The position numbers and the translations under genes are program-made. Shown piece after piece: positions 29,020 through 43,169 of a stretch of DNA of 64,000 nt (positions are counted from its first letter, which is position 1; each line of letters starts with the position of its first letter). This stretch comes from Eledone cirrhosa (taxonomy: Eukaryota). The stretch covers positions 124,620,001 through 124,684,000 of the forward strand of contig OZ024745.1 in assembly GCA_964016885.1 (NCBI GenBank). Reading direction: 5' to 3'. Below the pieces are notes generated by a model. The model ran no database searches. It saw only the letters and a program-made list of their open reading frames with translations, and had not been told where the DNA came from.

Positions 29020-30512
29020 ATATACAGTGTAGGTGATTGAGTGAATTAGTGGTGGTGGTACCAATACATTATAAATATACATGTATAGTAATGATAATTA
29101 CGATGACCAACATCCTAAGAAGGCTTGATAAGAATTATATATATATATATATATATATATAAGTATATATCAACCAATAGACCAAATATGTGTTATTAGT
29201 ACAGACTAAAGTTTAAGCAGAATATTTCTGCTTTCACACTATTACGTTAACTTCTGAATATCCCGTAATAAGGTGAAAGCAGAAATTCTTTGCTTAAATT
29301 TCAATCTATACTACTAATAGATATATATGTGTGTATGAGAGAGAGGTAGAGTGTGTTTGTGTGTGAGTGTGTGAGTGTGTGTGAGTACGTGCCTGTGTGT
29401 ACATATGTGTGAGTATGTCCTTATTTGAATTCGTGTATTCTCATATCTTAACTTTTCCACAAAGCGATTGATAAAATATCGATAAAATGATGTACTAGAC
29501 ATGAGAATATGTTCACTGAGATCGATATAATCAACTAATTTTTTTCAAGCTGGTACTCCAACATGGCAGCATTCTAAGGAGGGAAACCAATGAAAGTATA
29601 TAAGAAGAAAAGAACGAATTGTGATGAGAAGGGTTTTGAAGTAAATATAGAGTAACGAGTACGTGTAGAGAGGCATCAACCTAACGTAATTGCATCACAA
29701 CACTCTCCTTATGGTGTGGACAAACAGGATTTACACGCTCCATTTGATCAAATAATTTGGAATAGCCCTGTTTGCAACAATGTTCAATATAGTAGGAGGT
29801 CACTCGAATATGTCATTATACACAGCTCACTTACTTCCTGCTTTGGGTAATATACACGCATTCTTCTGTGTATTATATTTGCGTTGGAATCCTATCTATA
29901 ATAGAACACATTCTTAATTACGTTTAGTTATATAACTCCCCATCTCTATGTTTATATGAAATTTCCATAATATATAGACAAAAGGAATGCAAGTTATGCC
30001 ACAGTTTATATATTAGTAGGACAATATGAAAACCATATACAGTGAGATATTTGTATCAAATCCATCAGGAAAGGTGGGTACGTTGAATACCTAAATCTTG
30101 TGGTAGTTTGAAATAAAACACTAACTCTATACATTTAGCAATCTTTCACATATATCATCTAATAAATTGATGTATGTGTCATGAATGTGTGTATATAGTT
30201 TCAAGATGACTATTGAAAATATTATAATTATGTACTGCATATAAGTAAGAATGTTGTTTTGTAGAATCTGTAAGCTTTCAAACCATATCAAGACTATACC
30301 AAATATACATATTATAAGACAATGAAACAATAGCAAATCCAATTTCTCAATATGTGCAGCAATGCACTGGTGAATTTTATGCTAAGCTGATTCGTGATTA
30401 TTTTTGTTATTCCATCATTTGTTTTACTATAGGCAACCTTCACATATACAGGATCTCAACTGGTTAAAGGATCGAATAATCTAAAATTATAATAAATCAT
30501 TCTTATATAAAA

Positions 30513-31964
<1,452 letters not shown>

Positions 31965-32906
31965 TAGTAGAGTATATATTATATTATATGAAACACAAAC
32001 ACAAACTACACACATCTACAATCGCAAGAAATATCACTCACTCAACACATAATTCTACTCACACACGTATAATATGCATACATAATTATAGAACTTATGG
32101 TTATTTCGATGGATGTATGTGTATCGAACGGATTCGTTAGGGCCGGAGACGCTTTCAGTGGCTGCATTGATTGCGTGGGGAATAAACAGTTACGCAATTG
32201 GGTCGCAGTCATTGAAGATATAATTTATATATACGTAATTTGAAGACTGGCACCGGATGACGTCCGTCATCCCCATTTCTGCAGCTGTGTGGTTGTCTTG
32301 AAGGAAATGTTGAGATGTGGTTTAGCTGATGGAGTGTGATGCTTTGAATTTTGCATGATTTTCTTTTTTTTAATTCTGTGATATGCATCTGGTCTGTAAG
32401 GAGATTAGTGGGTTTATGGGCTATGTCTGTTTTTCAATTCCTGGATAGCGATGTATTATTCTAGATTTACGTTCATGTTTAGGAAAATAACGGGTTTATT
32501 TACTTAATTTCACTAACAAACACATATGTATCTACATATTTTATGTGTATGTAAAATGTCTATGACCTGAGCTAGAGTAGACTATAAAATTTTGTTTCAG
32601 AAAAAATCCCGAGGCCTTAAAAAGGCCAATGTCTACGATTTTGAAATAAAAAAGTGAAGTACTTGAAGCAAATACTATATATCATCCCAAGTGCTTTTTG
32701 TAAACGAATCGCGAAGCAGATATAATCTGAGAAAATAAACAGGGACAGTTTTGAAGTGTTTATTGACAAGTAATTATTCACTCTAATAGTTTGTTGGAAC
32801 ATCAAAGCAATAGACATATAGACAAATACGTTTTCAAATTATTTACTTTTAGTTTCCCATTCATATGTATATATATATGTATATGTATATATACTGATAT
32901 GTATAT

Positions 32907-33037
32907 ATTCCTGATGATTTCTAATGAATGAAACAGTTCTAGTCCTGTAGAATCTCATCTATATTAAAACTGTTATACTCTGCTATGTATTGAGTACCTT
33001 ACTTACTGTGGTTACCTCCGATTCAACCCGGAATAAC

Positions 33038-33040
<3 letters not shown>
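32907..33040 (+). mobile_element. PLE-type terminus with HHR-like motif (family also 51147-51335 and 55940-56070)
   Basis: CTGATGA-TTTC-TAAT-GAAT-GAAA-CAGTTCTAG-TC; near-identical inverted copy at 51147-51280. Confidence 0.65.
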
Positions 33041-33073
<33 letters not shown>

Positions 33074-33215
33074 CGGCGATGAATTAGTTTTGCGAGGTTT
33101 TTTATATGAAATCGTGTGTCGAAACAAATATTGTTATACTTGGGGAGGGTCACACAGTGAGTATGTTCTGTTATTAATTCTGGCAATATTACACAAATAT
33201 GACCCTCCCCAAGTA

Positions 33216-33261
<46 letters not shown>

Positions 33262-33989
33262 TATAATCGATTAAGTGTTCAAAATACCATAGTATTTAAA
33301 ACATTCAAACATTAACTAAGTTAGCACACAATATTGATGATTTAGAATGAATAAATGTTTTGTATGAGTGTATGTGTGTATGCGTTAGTCATTCATTTGT
33401 TTAAACGTTCCTGCGAAGAAAAAAGTTATATGTTTGATTATGTGATCCTTAGCGTGTATTTATTTCTATTAATATATTATTTCTATAAAATTTTAATTAG
33501 TATGCTATTGATTATATTATATTTTAAATGAAAATCCAACATCTACTCTATATATAGATATTTCATTGACGGCTTTGAATAAGACATTTATTTTGATATT
33601 ATAAACTAATAGCTCTTATAAACATTTAGCCATATATTAGATCTTGGATTTATCCACGAGGCTTGAAACTCATCAAGAGACGCCCCGAGTCCGGAATAAA
33701 AGAAATAACTAGGTAAATTTTATCTGGCTGTCCCTCGCGGAAGATAGTCTGTATCATTTGTCTATTATTTCTTCATAGTTACATTTTAAACTTATAGCCT
33801 CGTTTAAATGATTATTTATGTGGTTAATTTATACGGACTATTTTATCTAATAATTCTTCAAACTTGCAATTATATATCTATATATATACATATACATAAA
33901 TATAGCTTTTACGCAAAATGTTCGTGAACTATATTCTATACATATAAGTATATATGTACAGTGTATATATATATATATATATGGAAAAG

Positions 33990-34369
33990 AATTAAACGAA
34001 ATTTTATTTCTCACTCTTAGTAAGTATGTGTGTATACGTACATACAGATATGTATACAGACGTACAGTAGTATGTATATATATATACATACATGGACACA
34101 TATATATATATATGTACGTATGGGTTTAGCGAACATTTATTATAATGTTCGGTTCGTTTGTAAACAAACATCCCGGATTAAGCCGTACAGTGTTCAGGCA
34201 ACCATCGTCGCCTTTTTGTTTGTTTGTTTACAAACAAACCGAACATTATAATAAATGTTCGGTAAACCCATATGTACATATATATATATGTGTGCATGTA
34301 TGTATATATATATAGATACTACTGTACGTCTGTATACACATATGTATGTACGTATACACACATACTTAC

Positions 34370-34375
<6 letters not shown>
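33990..34375. mobile_element. Inverted pair of the family seen at 2170-2525
   Basis: 34025-34170 is the reverse complement of 34223-34370. Confidence 0.75.
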
Positions 34376-34437
<62 letters not shown>

Positions 34438-34651
34438 CTACTACCTCCACTAACGTTGAGAACAAACCGGGTCATTCCGACTGCTGCTGGCAACAGCGGT
34501 GGTTAGTTTGACCTACCTCCTTTTGCCTCTATCTTTGCTACGGCCCTTGATAAACCTGTTCTACATCATCCACTCTCATCCCAGGAACAGTTTTTGATAG
34601 CGCTAGTTTGTGATTTAAATTCAGGAATTTTATATTCTTTGAATGAAAAGA

Positions 34652-34735
34652 ACCTTCTGACGAGAATTTCTCTTTGCAACGAAGGCCGTATGGTCTCCGT
34701 TTTATTTTTGGGATTCGAAACCGATCGGTAAAGGT
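34652..34735 (+). ncRNA. Type I hammerhead ribozyme, extended stem II (copy 1)
   Basis: ACCTT-CTGACGA-GAATTTC...GGGATTC-GAAA-CCGATCGG-TA-AAGGT. Confidence 0.88.
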
Positions 34736-35134
34736 AACTATAGTAGGTAAAGTCAATCTTTTAAAATTTATTTTGAAACTTTTTCATTATTTACTAAACC
34801 TTGTTTATATTTGTTCTGGCTCGTTAATTTATTAACCCGCCATTGAACCACATTGGCACTTGGTTGGACAATACATGCGTACCTTGGCGCCTCGTGCGTG
34901 AAGGGACGTATTTCATATTACTACTACCTCCACTAACGTTGAGAACAAACCGGGTCATTCCGACTGCTGCTGGCAACAGCGGTGGCTAGTTTGACCTACC
35001 TCCTTTTGCCTCTATCTTTGCTACGGCCCTTGATAAACCTGTTCTACATCATCCACTCTCATCCCAGGAACAGTTTTTGATAGCGCTAGTTTGTGATTTA
35101 AATTCAGGAATTTAATATTCTTTGAATGAAAAGA

Positions 35135-35218
35135 ACCTTCTGACGAGAATCTCTCTTTGCAACGAAGGCCGTATGGTCTCCGTTTTATTTTTGGGATTCG
35201 AAACCGATCGGTAAAGGT
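35135..35218 (+). ncRNA. Type I hammerhead ribozyme, extended stem II (copy 2)
   Basis: As copy 1, with GAATCTC/GGGATTC (a U-G to C-G change that keeps the pair). Confidence 0.88.
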
Positions 35219-35319
35219 AACTATAGTAGATAAAGTCAATTTTTTAAAATTTATTTTGAAACTTTTTCATTATTTACTAAACCTTGTTTATATATATATA
35301 TATATATATATATAAGTAA

Positions 35320-35700
35320 ATAATTGTTTTTACCTCTGGCACAATGTCCGCAATTACCACAGGGTATTACTGGTACTTTATTTTATCTGATGAAAGGCAA
35401 AGTTAATCTCGGCGGGATTTGAAATCAGATCATAAACGGACGTAACACTATGCTGGAAAGCATGGCATCCGACCCTCTACCGATGCTGCCAATCCACGGC
35501 CCTATATAAGCAAATAATTGTTTCTACTTTTGGCACAAGGCCAGCAATTACCCAGTGCATTACTGGTACTTTATTTGATCAACCCGGTAAGGATGAAAGG
35601 CAAAGTTAACCTTGGCGGGATTTGAACTCAGAATGGCAAGGGCCATAACTCTATACATCAAAGCATGGCGTCCGACCCTCTACCGATACTGCCAATCCAT
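35320..35700 (-). mobile_element. Two tandem SINE family 1 copies (about 35320-35503 and 35513-35700)
   Basis: Reverse complement of the family consensus. Confidence 0.88.
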
Positions 35701-36589
35701 AATGTAGATATGATAGCCTTGATTTTAGCTTTCCATATTTTGACTATTATAAAAAATGTAAGATCATAATACAGTACCTTTACAAAACTGCTTCGTATAC
35801 CACTGTTCCACGTCATCGTCATGGTTTGAACAACTGTGTTTCGGTTTAGATCTGAGTTTACTGTAATGGAGGCATAGGTTTTTATCACTCATTACGGTTC
35901 TTTGTAATCTCCTGCATGTAGCACAACATTCTCACTTTATTTCCTTTACTAAATCTTATATGTTCATATGCAACTAACTAATTGATATCATGAAGGGAAA
36001 ATTACCATGCAATTTCTTAGAACTAGATTAATTTGTTTTATTTCTTCTTTGTGTTATTCAGTTGTAAAACTAAAATAATGCAAGACAGTAAAACCACCAC
36101 AGGATACATATATGTGATTACTGTTAATAGGAGGCAAAATATTTCATTAAACTTTTTCCTTTATGTGAAAAGAATTGCTTCTGATATCTAATAAATCAAG
36201 TTTGGAATAAATTATAAGCCAGAGTAAATCTTGGCAAGTGAAGTACTTTAAAGAAAGTTTTCCGTTTCATAGACCATTATATGATATCACTCTTCATAAA
36301 TCATCAATATTAAGAATTATTAGATTATTACATAATTGATTTATTTTCAGTCGGAAGAAATCATTCACTTAATTAAATTATGACTAATTTGTCATCTTAA
36401 AAGTTTATTCTTGGAAATTTATTTGAATATAATGTTTAATGATGAAAGCAAATGTTAAATACTCAAGTTCTTTCAACATATATGTCCGAAGGTTACTGTC
36501 ATACTTTAGTAAAATTACTGTTGAATAACTATTGGCCCGGTAGTTTAATATATGTCATATAAGTAACAAATTATGATAATGCACACCCG

Positions 36590-36706
36590 ATTGATTTCCA
36601 GATTCCCATAGATATTCCTGGCAAACGCTATGAGAGACAGAGATGGATGGAGGAAGCGTGTTGTAGAAAGCCGGCAAGCTCAACCTGATGATGATGATGA
36701 TGATGT
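36590..36706 (+). mobile_element. RTE-like LINE extreme 3' end with (TGA)n tail
   Basis: AMRDRDGWRKRV followed by (TGA)n. Confidence 0.55.
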
Positions 36707-36994
36707 TTTGTAAGGAAAGATGCAACACTAAAATATTGTAAGCTATGTTGACAAGCTATATCCAGTAACAAAATTTGGTGGGGCAAAATCCTTTCAGGCC
36801 ATGATTATCGATATATTTAATGATTATTTAGATAAACATAACATGGAATATTTTGTCCCATCAGGACAGAATAACCGCACTGTATCTCAGCTAGCTTGGA
36901 TTCGACAATCTCTCTGAATCTCTTTACCAGACACTTAGAATAGACTTTATGGTTTTAGTAGAGTTGCTACTTCTCCGAGTTGAGAGATACTATG

Positions 36995-37232
36995 CTACGA
37001 TACTATGGGCATGTGGTTAGAATGTCTCAGGCAAGAATCGCTGGACAGGTTTTACGGGCGAAACCAATAGGTAGGAGACCCAGGGGTAGACCCCAAGCAA
37101 GTTAGAGACGGTTGCTTCTGACAGGACACGCTGGACGGAGTGCTTCACGTCCCTGCCTACACGACCCTGTCAGGAATAAGTGGGCAAAGAGAAGAAGAAG
37201 AAGAAGAAGAAGAAGAAGAAGAAGAAGAAGAT
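36995..37232 (+). mobile_element. RTE LINE 3' fragment with (GAA)n tail
   Basis: YYGHVVRM...GRRPRGRP, the RTE C-terminal signature. Confidence 0.75.
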
Positions 37233-38705
37233 AGATCACCCACCCTGCTGTACAGTGAATGAACGAAGGCCTAGTAAATTCAAGATAGCCATGATAAAGA
37301 TTGAATACGCTGTTAGCTCCAGCTTATAAGGAACAGGGGAAATGAAAATAACTGAATTCAACAATAGGATATGTATTATAAAGGATGACAACAATGGTTT
37401 CAGCAGTGCTGATGGCATGATCCACCACTTTGTGTTTTTATATGACGGAGATTAATCTGATCAAGACGGTTTAAAAACGGGAGATTTGAAGACAAAAAAG
37501 CATCGCAAGCATCTGGATAATAGGAAATGACATTTGCTTACCATTTATTTTATTAAATTTCATGTTCTTTGTTCTCGATTTAGATATAGAATTTGAATTC
37601 CTTTCTCATGAAATATTTTGTGATAGAGATCGTATTCTGTTTCAAACGTCATGATGATTCTTTAAGATGAAATTGCAACGTGATTTCATAGCTAACCTTC
37701 GCATTATCTAGGCATATAAAGGCGTGTGGAAAGGCAAACCTGGTAAAGCATCGGATAAAATATCATGTTGATATGTGTTTTTATTTTCCTCGTTCCAAGT
37801 GCCATAAATTCTACTGCCGTGATTGTCTTTCTCTCCTCTCCGAAATTGCTGCTCTTGTGCCTAAAGTAGAAATTATTAAATAGGCATACATACATACATA
37901 CACCATCACACGCCCGTTGGCCCACACACATATGTACGTGTGTGATTATATTTAATACAATTAGACACTAACGATCAACAGCTCAAATACCGAAATACAT
38001 ATTTTGATTGAATATTTGAGGGAGAATTGACACAAAGCATTAATTTGACTACAGATATTATCAGTATTAATTTACGCTTTATTTCAATTTTCTTCTCATT
38101 AAACCATTAAACAACATAATTGTATTACTATTTGCAACATATTGCTTTGAAAAAATATTTTCCTTTATTGTTTTTGAAATATCTTGTTTTCTAATCCTAC
38201 TTTAAATTTTTACAATAAAAAGAATTTCTCGTTTAGTAATTTCTAATGCTATTGAAGAATTCAACTACAACAATGTTATAAAGTTAGTTCTTTGAAATGT
38301 TCGATATCATGAAAATTATATAAAATTATTAAAGATTGAAATTCAATAAAACAAACAAACTATATAAAAATAAATGCAAACAAGAAAAATATAAAGATGT
38401 TTAATATCTGAGAACTGAAAGAAGGGAATCAAATAAAATTAGAAAAAAATGAATACAAGTGTGTTTTATAAAATATGATAGAAATAGTTATATATGGAAA
38501 TTGGTTGGAATCCGTCAACATATTTCAGTTACAAAATCTTTAACCTGAACATTTTTGCCATAATATATTTGGAGATTTGTTACCAAACCCACTCCAACTT
38601 TTAACATTATGTGATAATGATAGTCACTAAAATTAAACTTAAATTGAATCTAAACATGTTTAATGAATTACTTATAAATATTTATTGTGCATTGATATGA
38701 TTAAA

Positions 38706-38925
38706 AAGGCAGTAGATTATCAGTATCTGTAGAGTGTCGGACACCATGCTTCGCGGATAGAGTTACTGTCATTTCCGCTATCAGTTCAAATCTGGCCGAG
38801 GTTAGCTTTGCCTTTCGTCCTTACGGGGTCGATAAATTATATTACCAGTCACGCACTTGGGTCGATTTAATTGAATTTCCCTCCCACATAACTTGCTGGC
38901 TTTGTGCTTAAATCAGAAATCGTAC
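38706..38925 (+). mobile_element. Older SINE subfamily related to family 1
   Basis: Same head and core with a longer 3' part (GCACTTGGGTCGAT...CTTGCTGGC). Confidence 0.75.
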
Positions 38926-39745
38926 TAATATTATTATAATAAGAATAATGAACATATACATTTTATGTAATGAACTGAAAATATTCTGTATCGTGCGATT
39001 TACGGTAGCATGTGCCAACAGAACTTTCAGCAAACTAAATTTCAAGAGGTAAGGGAGACACTGAATAATCTATGCGAGCTTGGTATAGAGACGAAACCTG
39101 AAGAGAGAACTGACTTCATAAAGTTATGAAAATTTGACCAAACATTTTCGAAAGAATTTTATCGCAAATATCTCCAATTATTTCATTAAAAAGTTTCACA
39201 AAATTATCACCAAGATGTTTTATTACATGTTCTTTCAAAATGTAATTAAAAAGTTAAACAAACAATTCTCGTAAAAAAAATAACCCACGATTCCAGCAAC
39301 CATTCTATAAAATATGTCATGAAACTTTCCAAAAAATTCAAACATAATTTGTCAAAAATTTCAATGAAAGTTTCATCAGAAATTTTCCCTAAAATTTCTT
39401 ACATTTTCCAAAAAATGTCCATCAAAACTTTGACATCTAAAATTTGACATCAAAAATTCAAATGTCTCAGAATTAACATTGCAATATATATTATATATGG
39501 ATTACATACACAGAAAGAAAGTAAAATAAGGCTATAAATGATACGTAAGTACACAGAGATTGGATGACTTTTCATTTTTTAAATGTCGAAGCAAATGATT
39601 CAATTTCTGAACGCCTAGAAATAACAAACAAACATTTCTTTTAGAGTTACATCAAATTACCTCACATATTCCATAAGAAATTATCCGTATAATTATGTTT
39701 AAAAATTTACTCAAACATTCCATCAAAGACAGTTCATCAAACTAT

Positions 39746-39896
39746 ATAATTGTTTCTACTATTGGCACAAGACCAGCAATTACCCAGTACATTACCGGTA
39801 CTTTATTTTATCGACCCTGTAAGGATGAAAGGCAAAGTTAACGTCGGCGGGATTTGAACTCAGACCGTAAAGGGACGTAACTATACTAGAAAGCAT
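39746..39896 (-). mobile_element. SINE family 1, 5'-truncated
   Basis: Family core. Confidence 0.88.
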
Positions 39897-40292
39897 AAAA
39901 CTTTCAACGAAACTTACATCAACAATTTTCTGAACACTAATATCAAAACGTACTTTTTCATGAAACAAATGAAAAGTATTTTAGTATATTCAATCAAATT
40001 TTGACAAAGAATAGATATTGTATGAATGTAGTTCAGCGTGTGGATTTACGACATCTATATATCAAATTTTGAACAAAATATTGGTGCTAGGCATCTCCCA
40101 CGAGGAACACATTAATAAACGATATGTGTTATTTCATTTTTATCTTTATTCTAATGATAATGTATCAATAATGGGTAATGTTTTCATTTCCTATTCACAT
40201 AAAATGTAAAAAAAATGTACCATTATAAGTAATATAATGAAATACCTTTCTTATAAATACTAGAGCACTGTATCGTGTACACAAATCATATA

Positions 40293-40391
40293 CTGACGAT
40301 TTGGTCGGGTATCGATTGTAATTAAAGTCGAGTGACGTAACTTCTAAGGATCAGCGACCTTTAGACTCACCGGACTAATGAAACAATTGTA
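40293..40391 (+). ncRNA. Hammerhead motif with about 80-nt stem II
   Basis: CTGACGA-T-TTGGTC.GGT...ACC.GACTAA-T-GAAA-CAATTG-TA; stem I weak. Confidence 0.6.
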
Positions 40392-40624
40392 AATACTTTA
40401 AATAAACCCTATAGTATAGCCGACCATGTTATTCTTCATTCTTTATGACTCATCAAAATAGAAAGAAGTGCAGATGGGTATATTTCAGAAACTCGATCAA
40501 CTGGCTATTTGTTATACTCTTACTTTAATTGTCACTACCATGACGGTAGAATAGTGATCATACAGCTCAATTCTATACTGGCAAATCCATTCAAAAAAAA
40601 AATATATACACACACACACACACA

Positions 40625-40677
<53 letters not shown>

Positions 40678-40789
40678 ACACACACACCCACACACACACA
40701 CGCACACACACACACACACACACACACCCACACCCACACCCAAGCACACACACACACACACATACACACACACACATATATATATATAT

Positions 40790-41960
40790 AGTGGGTGCCA
40801 ACTCGTTTTCGAGTACGGCCACTACTTTATATCCATGTAGGAGAATTCCTACCGATGCGCTGAACGAGTGTGACTTTTTAGTCCAGCCAGCGACTTGAAA
40901 ACTCTGGTACTAACACTACACTTGTGACAATTATTGACACATAGTGCTGGGCCCATGGTACCATGTGACGACAAGTGCAGAGAGATCTCCAGATATAAAG
41001 CAATGCCTGTGCCGTGAAGCTTTTATAGTGAGCAAAGGCACTGCACAAAGCCAGTCCCACTCTCTTAACCAAGATGATATTTACCAAAAAGAAGAACAAG
41101 TCAACATCATTGGATACCATCAGGGTTGCAGGTGTTATATCAGAGTTTTCCTTCTCCTAGAATTCTGCCTTGACAAAGGCTAAGGGGGTCATCTCTCCCG
41201 GAATACATACATACATACATACATACATACATACATACATACATACATACATACATGCATACATACATACAAGCATGCATGCATGCATACATGCATGCAT
41301 ACATATATACAAACATGCATGCATACATACATACATACATGTATACATGGTGGCTGCCAACTCGTTTTCGAGTACGGCCACTACTTTATATCCATGTAAG
41401 AGAACCCCTACCGATACGCTGAACGAGTGTGACGTTTTAGTCCAGCCAGCGACTTGAAAACTCTGGTACAAACACTACACTTGTGACAATTATTGACACA
41501 TAGTGCTGGGCTCATGTTACCATATGACGACAAGTGTAGAGAGATCTCCAGATATAAAGCAATGCCTGTGCCGTGAAGCTTTTATAGTGAGCAAAGGCAC
41601 TGCACAAAGCCAGTCCCACTCTCTTAACCAAGATGATATTTACCAAAAAGAAGAAAAAGTCAACATCATTGGATACCATCAGGGTTGCAGGTGTTATATC
41701 AGAGTTTTACCTTCTCCTAGAATTCTGCCTTGACAAAAGCTAAGGGGTCATCTCTCCTGGTGATTTTGGATGGCCATTGACTCTTAAGAGCTCCTTTGCC
41801 CTTTGACAGGTTTTGTTTTTAGTCCTGCAGGATGTCCAAAGTCACCCTCCTCACCAAGAAACCTTGGTGGGGTTGCCAGTTTAGTCGCCAACGACCCGAC
41901 CATGAGACAGGTTGTACTGGGATACATGTTACCAGTAGCACCAACTGGTGACCTGACATA
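40790..41960 (-). mobile_element. Non-autonomous RTE-leader retroposon: full copy 41348-41960 and 5'-truncated tandem copy 40790-41200, separated by (CATA)n
   Basis: About 410-bp direct repeat with a 559-bp offset; 5' end shared with the 15115 element. Confidence 0.7.
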
Positions 41961-42080
41961 TATATATACATACATATATACACACATGAATCTATGTAAC
42001 TCTCTGTCCCTCCATCACTGTCTCCCCCTCACTCTATTTATATATATTTACACACACACGCACACACACACACACACACG

Positions 42081-42153
<73 letters not shown>

Positions 42154-42606
42154 CTGTATATATGCATATGTGCACGTTTGTATGCATAACAACAGCAGTT
42201 ATAAGAGAGTAAGACAGCAGCAGTAGGGATTTCTATGCAAGCAATCCTTGTGTCTTTAAAAACAAGGAGCCGCATAGAATTTAAATAGAACTTCATGCAA
42301 AACATATCGCGTGCTTGGAACCTAAATCAACCAGTATCAATAACAATGTTTGATTAAGAAATGAGACACTGGCTTTGATAGAAGGAAGTTTTAATCAGTG
42401 TCTTTGAATGCTTACATGCTACTTGATACTATTCAAACGACGAAGAAGAACTCCGAATGCTTTCTATAATTATATTTACAACCTCCGAGCTTTCGTGTAA
42501 TTAAAGGCTGGTATTCTTGAAAGTTAGTTTGCAATGAGAAAGCAACAAGAATGTAACAAACGCATACTATACTGAAATCTAGGTACAAGTATTCTGGTAA
42601 ATCTCA

Positions 42607-42687
<81 letters not shown>

Positions 42688-42733
42688 GAAATGACAGGAG
42701 GCTGGATTTGTGTAAATCCTTGAAAGGTTTATT

Positions 42734-42791
42734 ATACTATGATCATTTCAATGACCGGGTTCCGTATGAATCCGGTGATATCATCAGGTAT
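42734..42791 (-). ncRNA. Type I hammerhead ribozyme in a PLE-type terminus (about 42683-42897)
   Basis: ATAC-CTGATGA-..ACCGG..TTC(ATACG)GAA.CCGGT..-GAAA-TGATCA-TA-GTAT; palindromic stem III; tail related to 24270-24330. Confidence 0.8.
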
Positions 42792-42893
42792 TCGAAATAT
42801 AATACGTGAATGTAATAGATAAAATCCATGGGGCTGAAAATCGAGGACCCGAGGGCGACCGCTATTCTGTTTCTTCAACCTCGGCCGGTCGCT

Positions 42894-43046
<153 letters not shown>

Positions 43047-43169
43047 TATTTATGGCAATATTATTACAACAATATGAACCTCTCCAAGTATAACTATATA
43101 TATATATATATATATACATACATACATGCATACATGCATACATACATTTATATATATATATATATATAT

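Larger units (their letters stand above)
34433..35290 (+). mobile_element. Non-coding 483-bp tandem unit (1.8 copies), one HHR per copy; retrozyme/pLTR-like
   Basis: 34433-34915 repeated from 34916 with very few differences; (TA)n on both sides; no credible ORF. Confidence 0.85.

Noticed and set aside
34883-34908. TGGCGCC..GGGAC resembling a tRNA-Lys primer-binding site
   Set aside because: Only a partial match, with no TG..CA LTR or internal domain
34538-35239. Duplicated 72-aa minus-strand ORF in the 483-bp unit
   Set aside because: Non-ATG start, no recognisable domain, and antisense to the ribozyme
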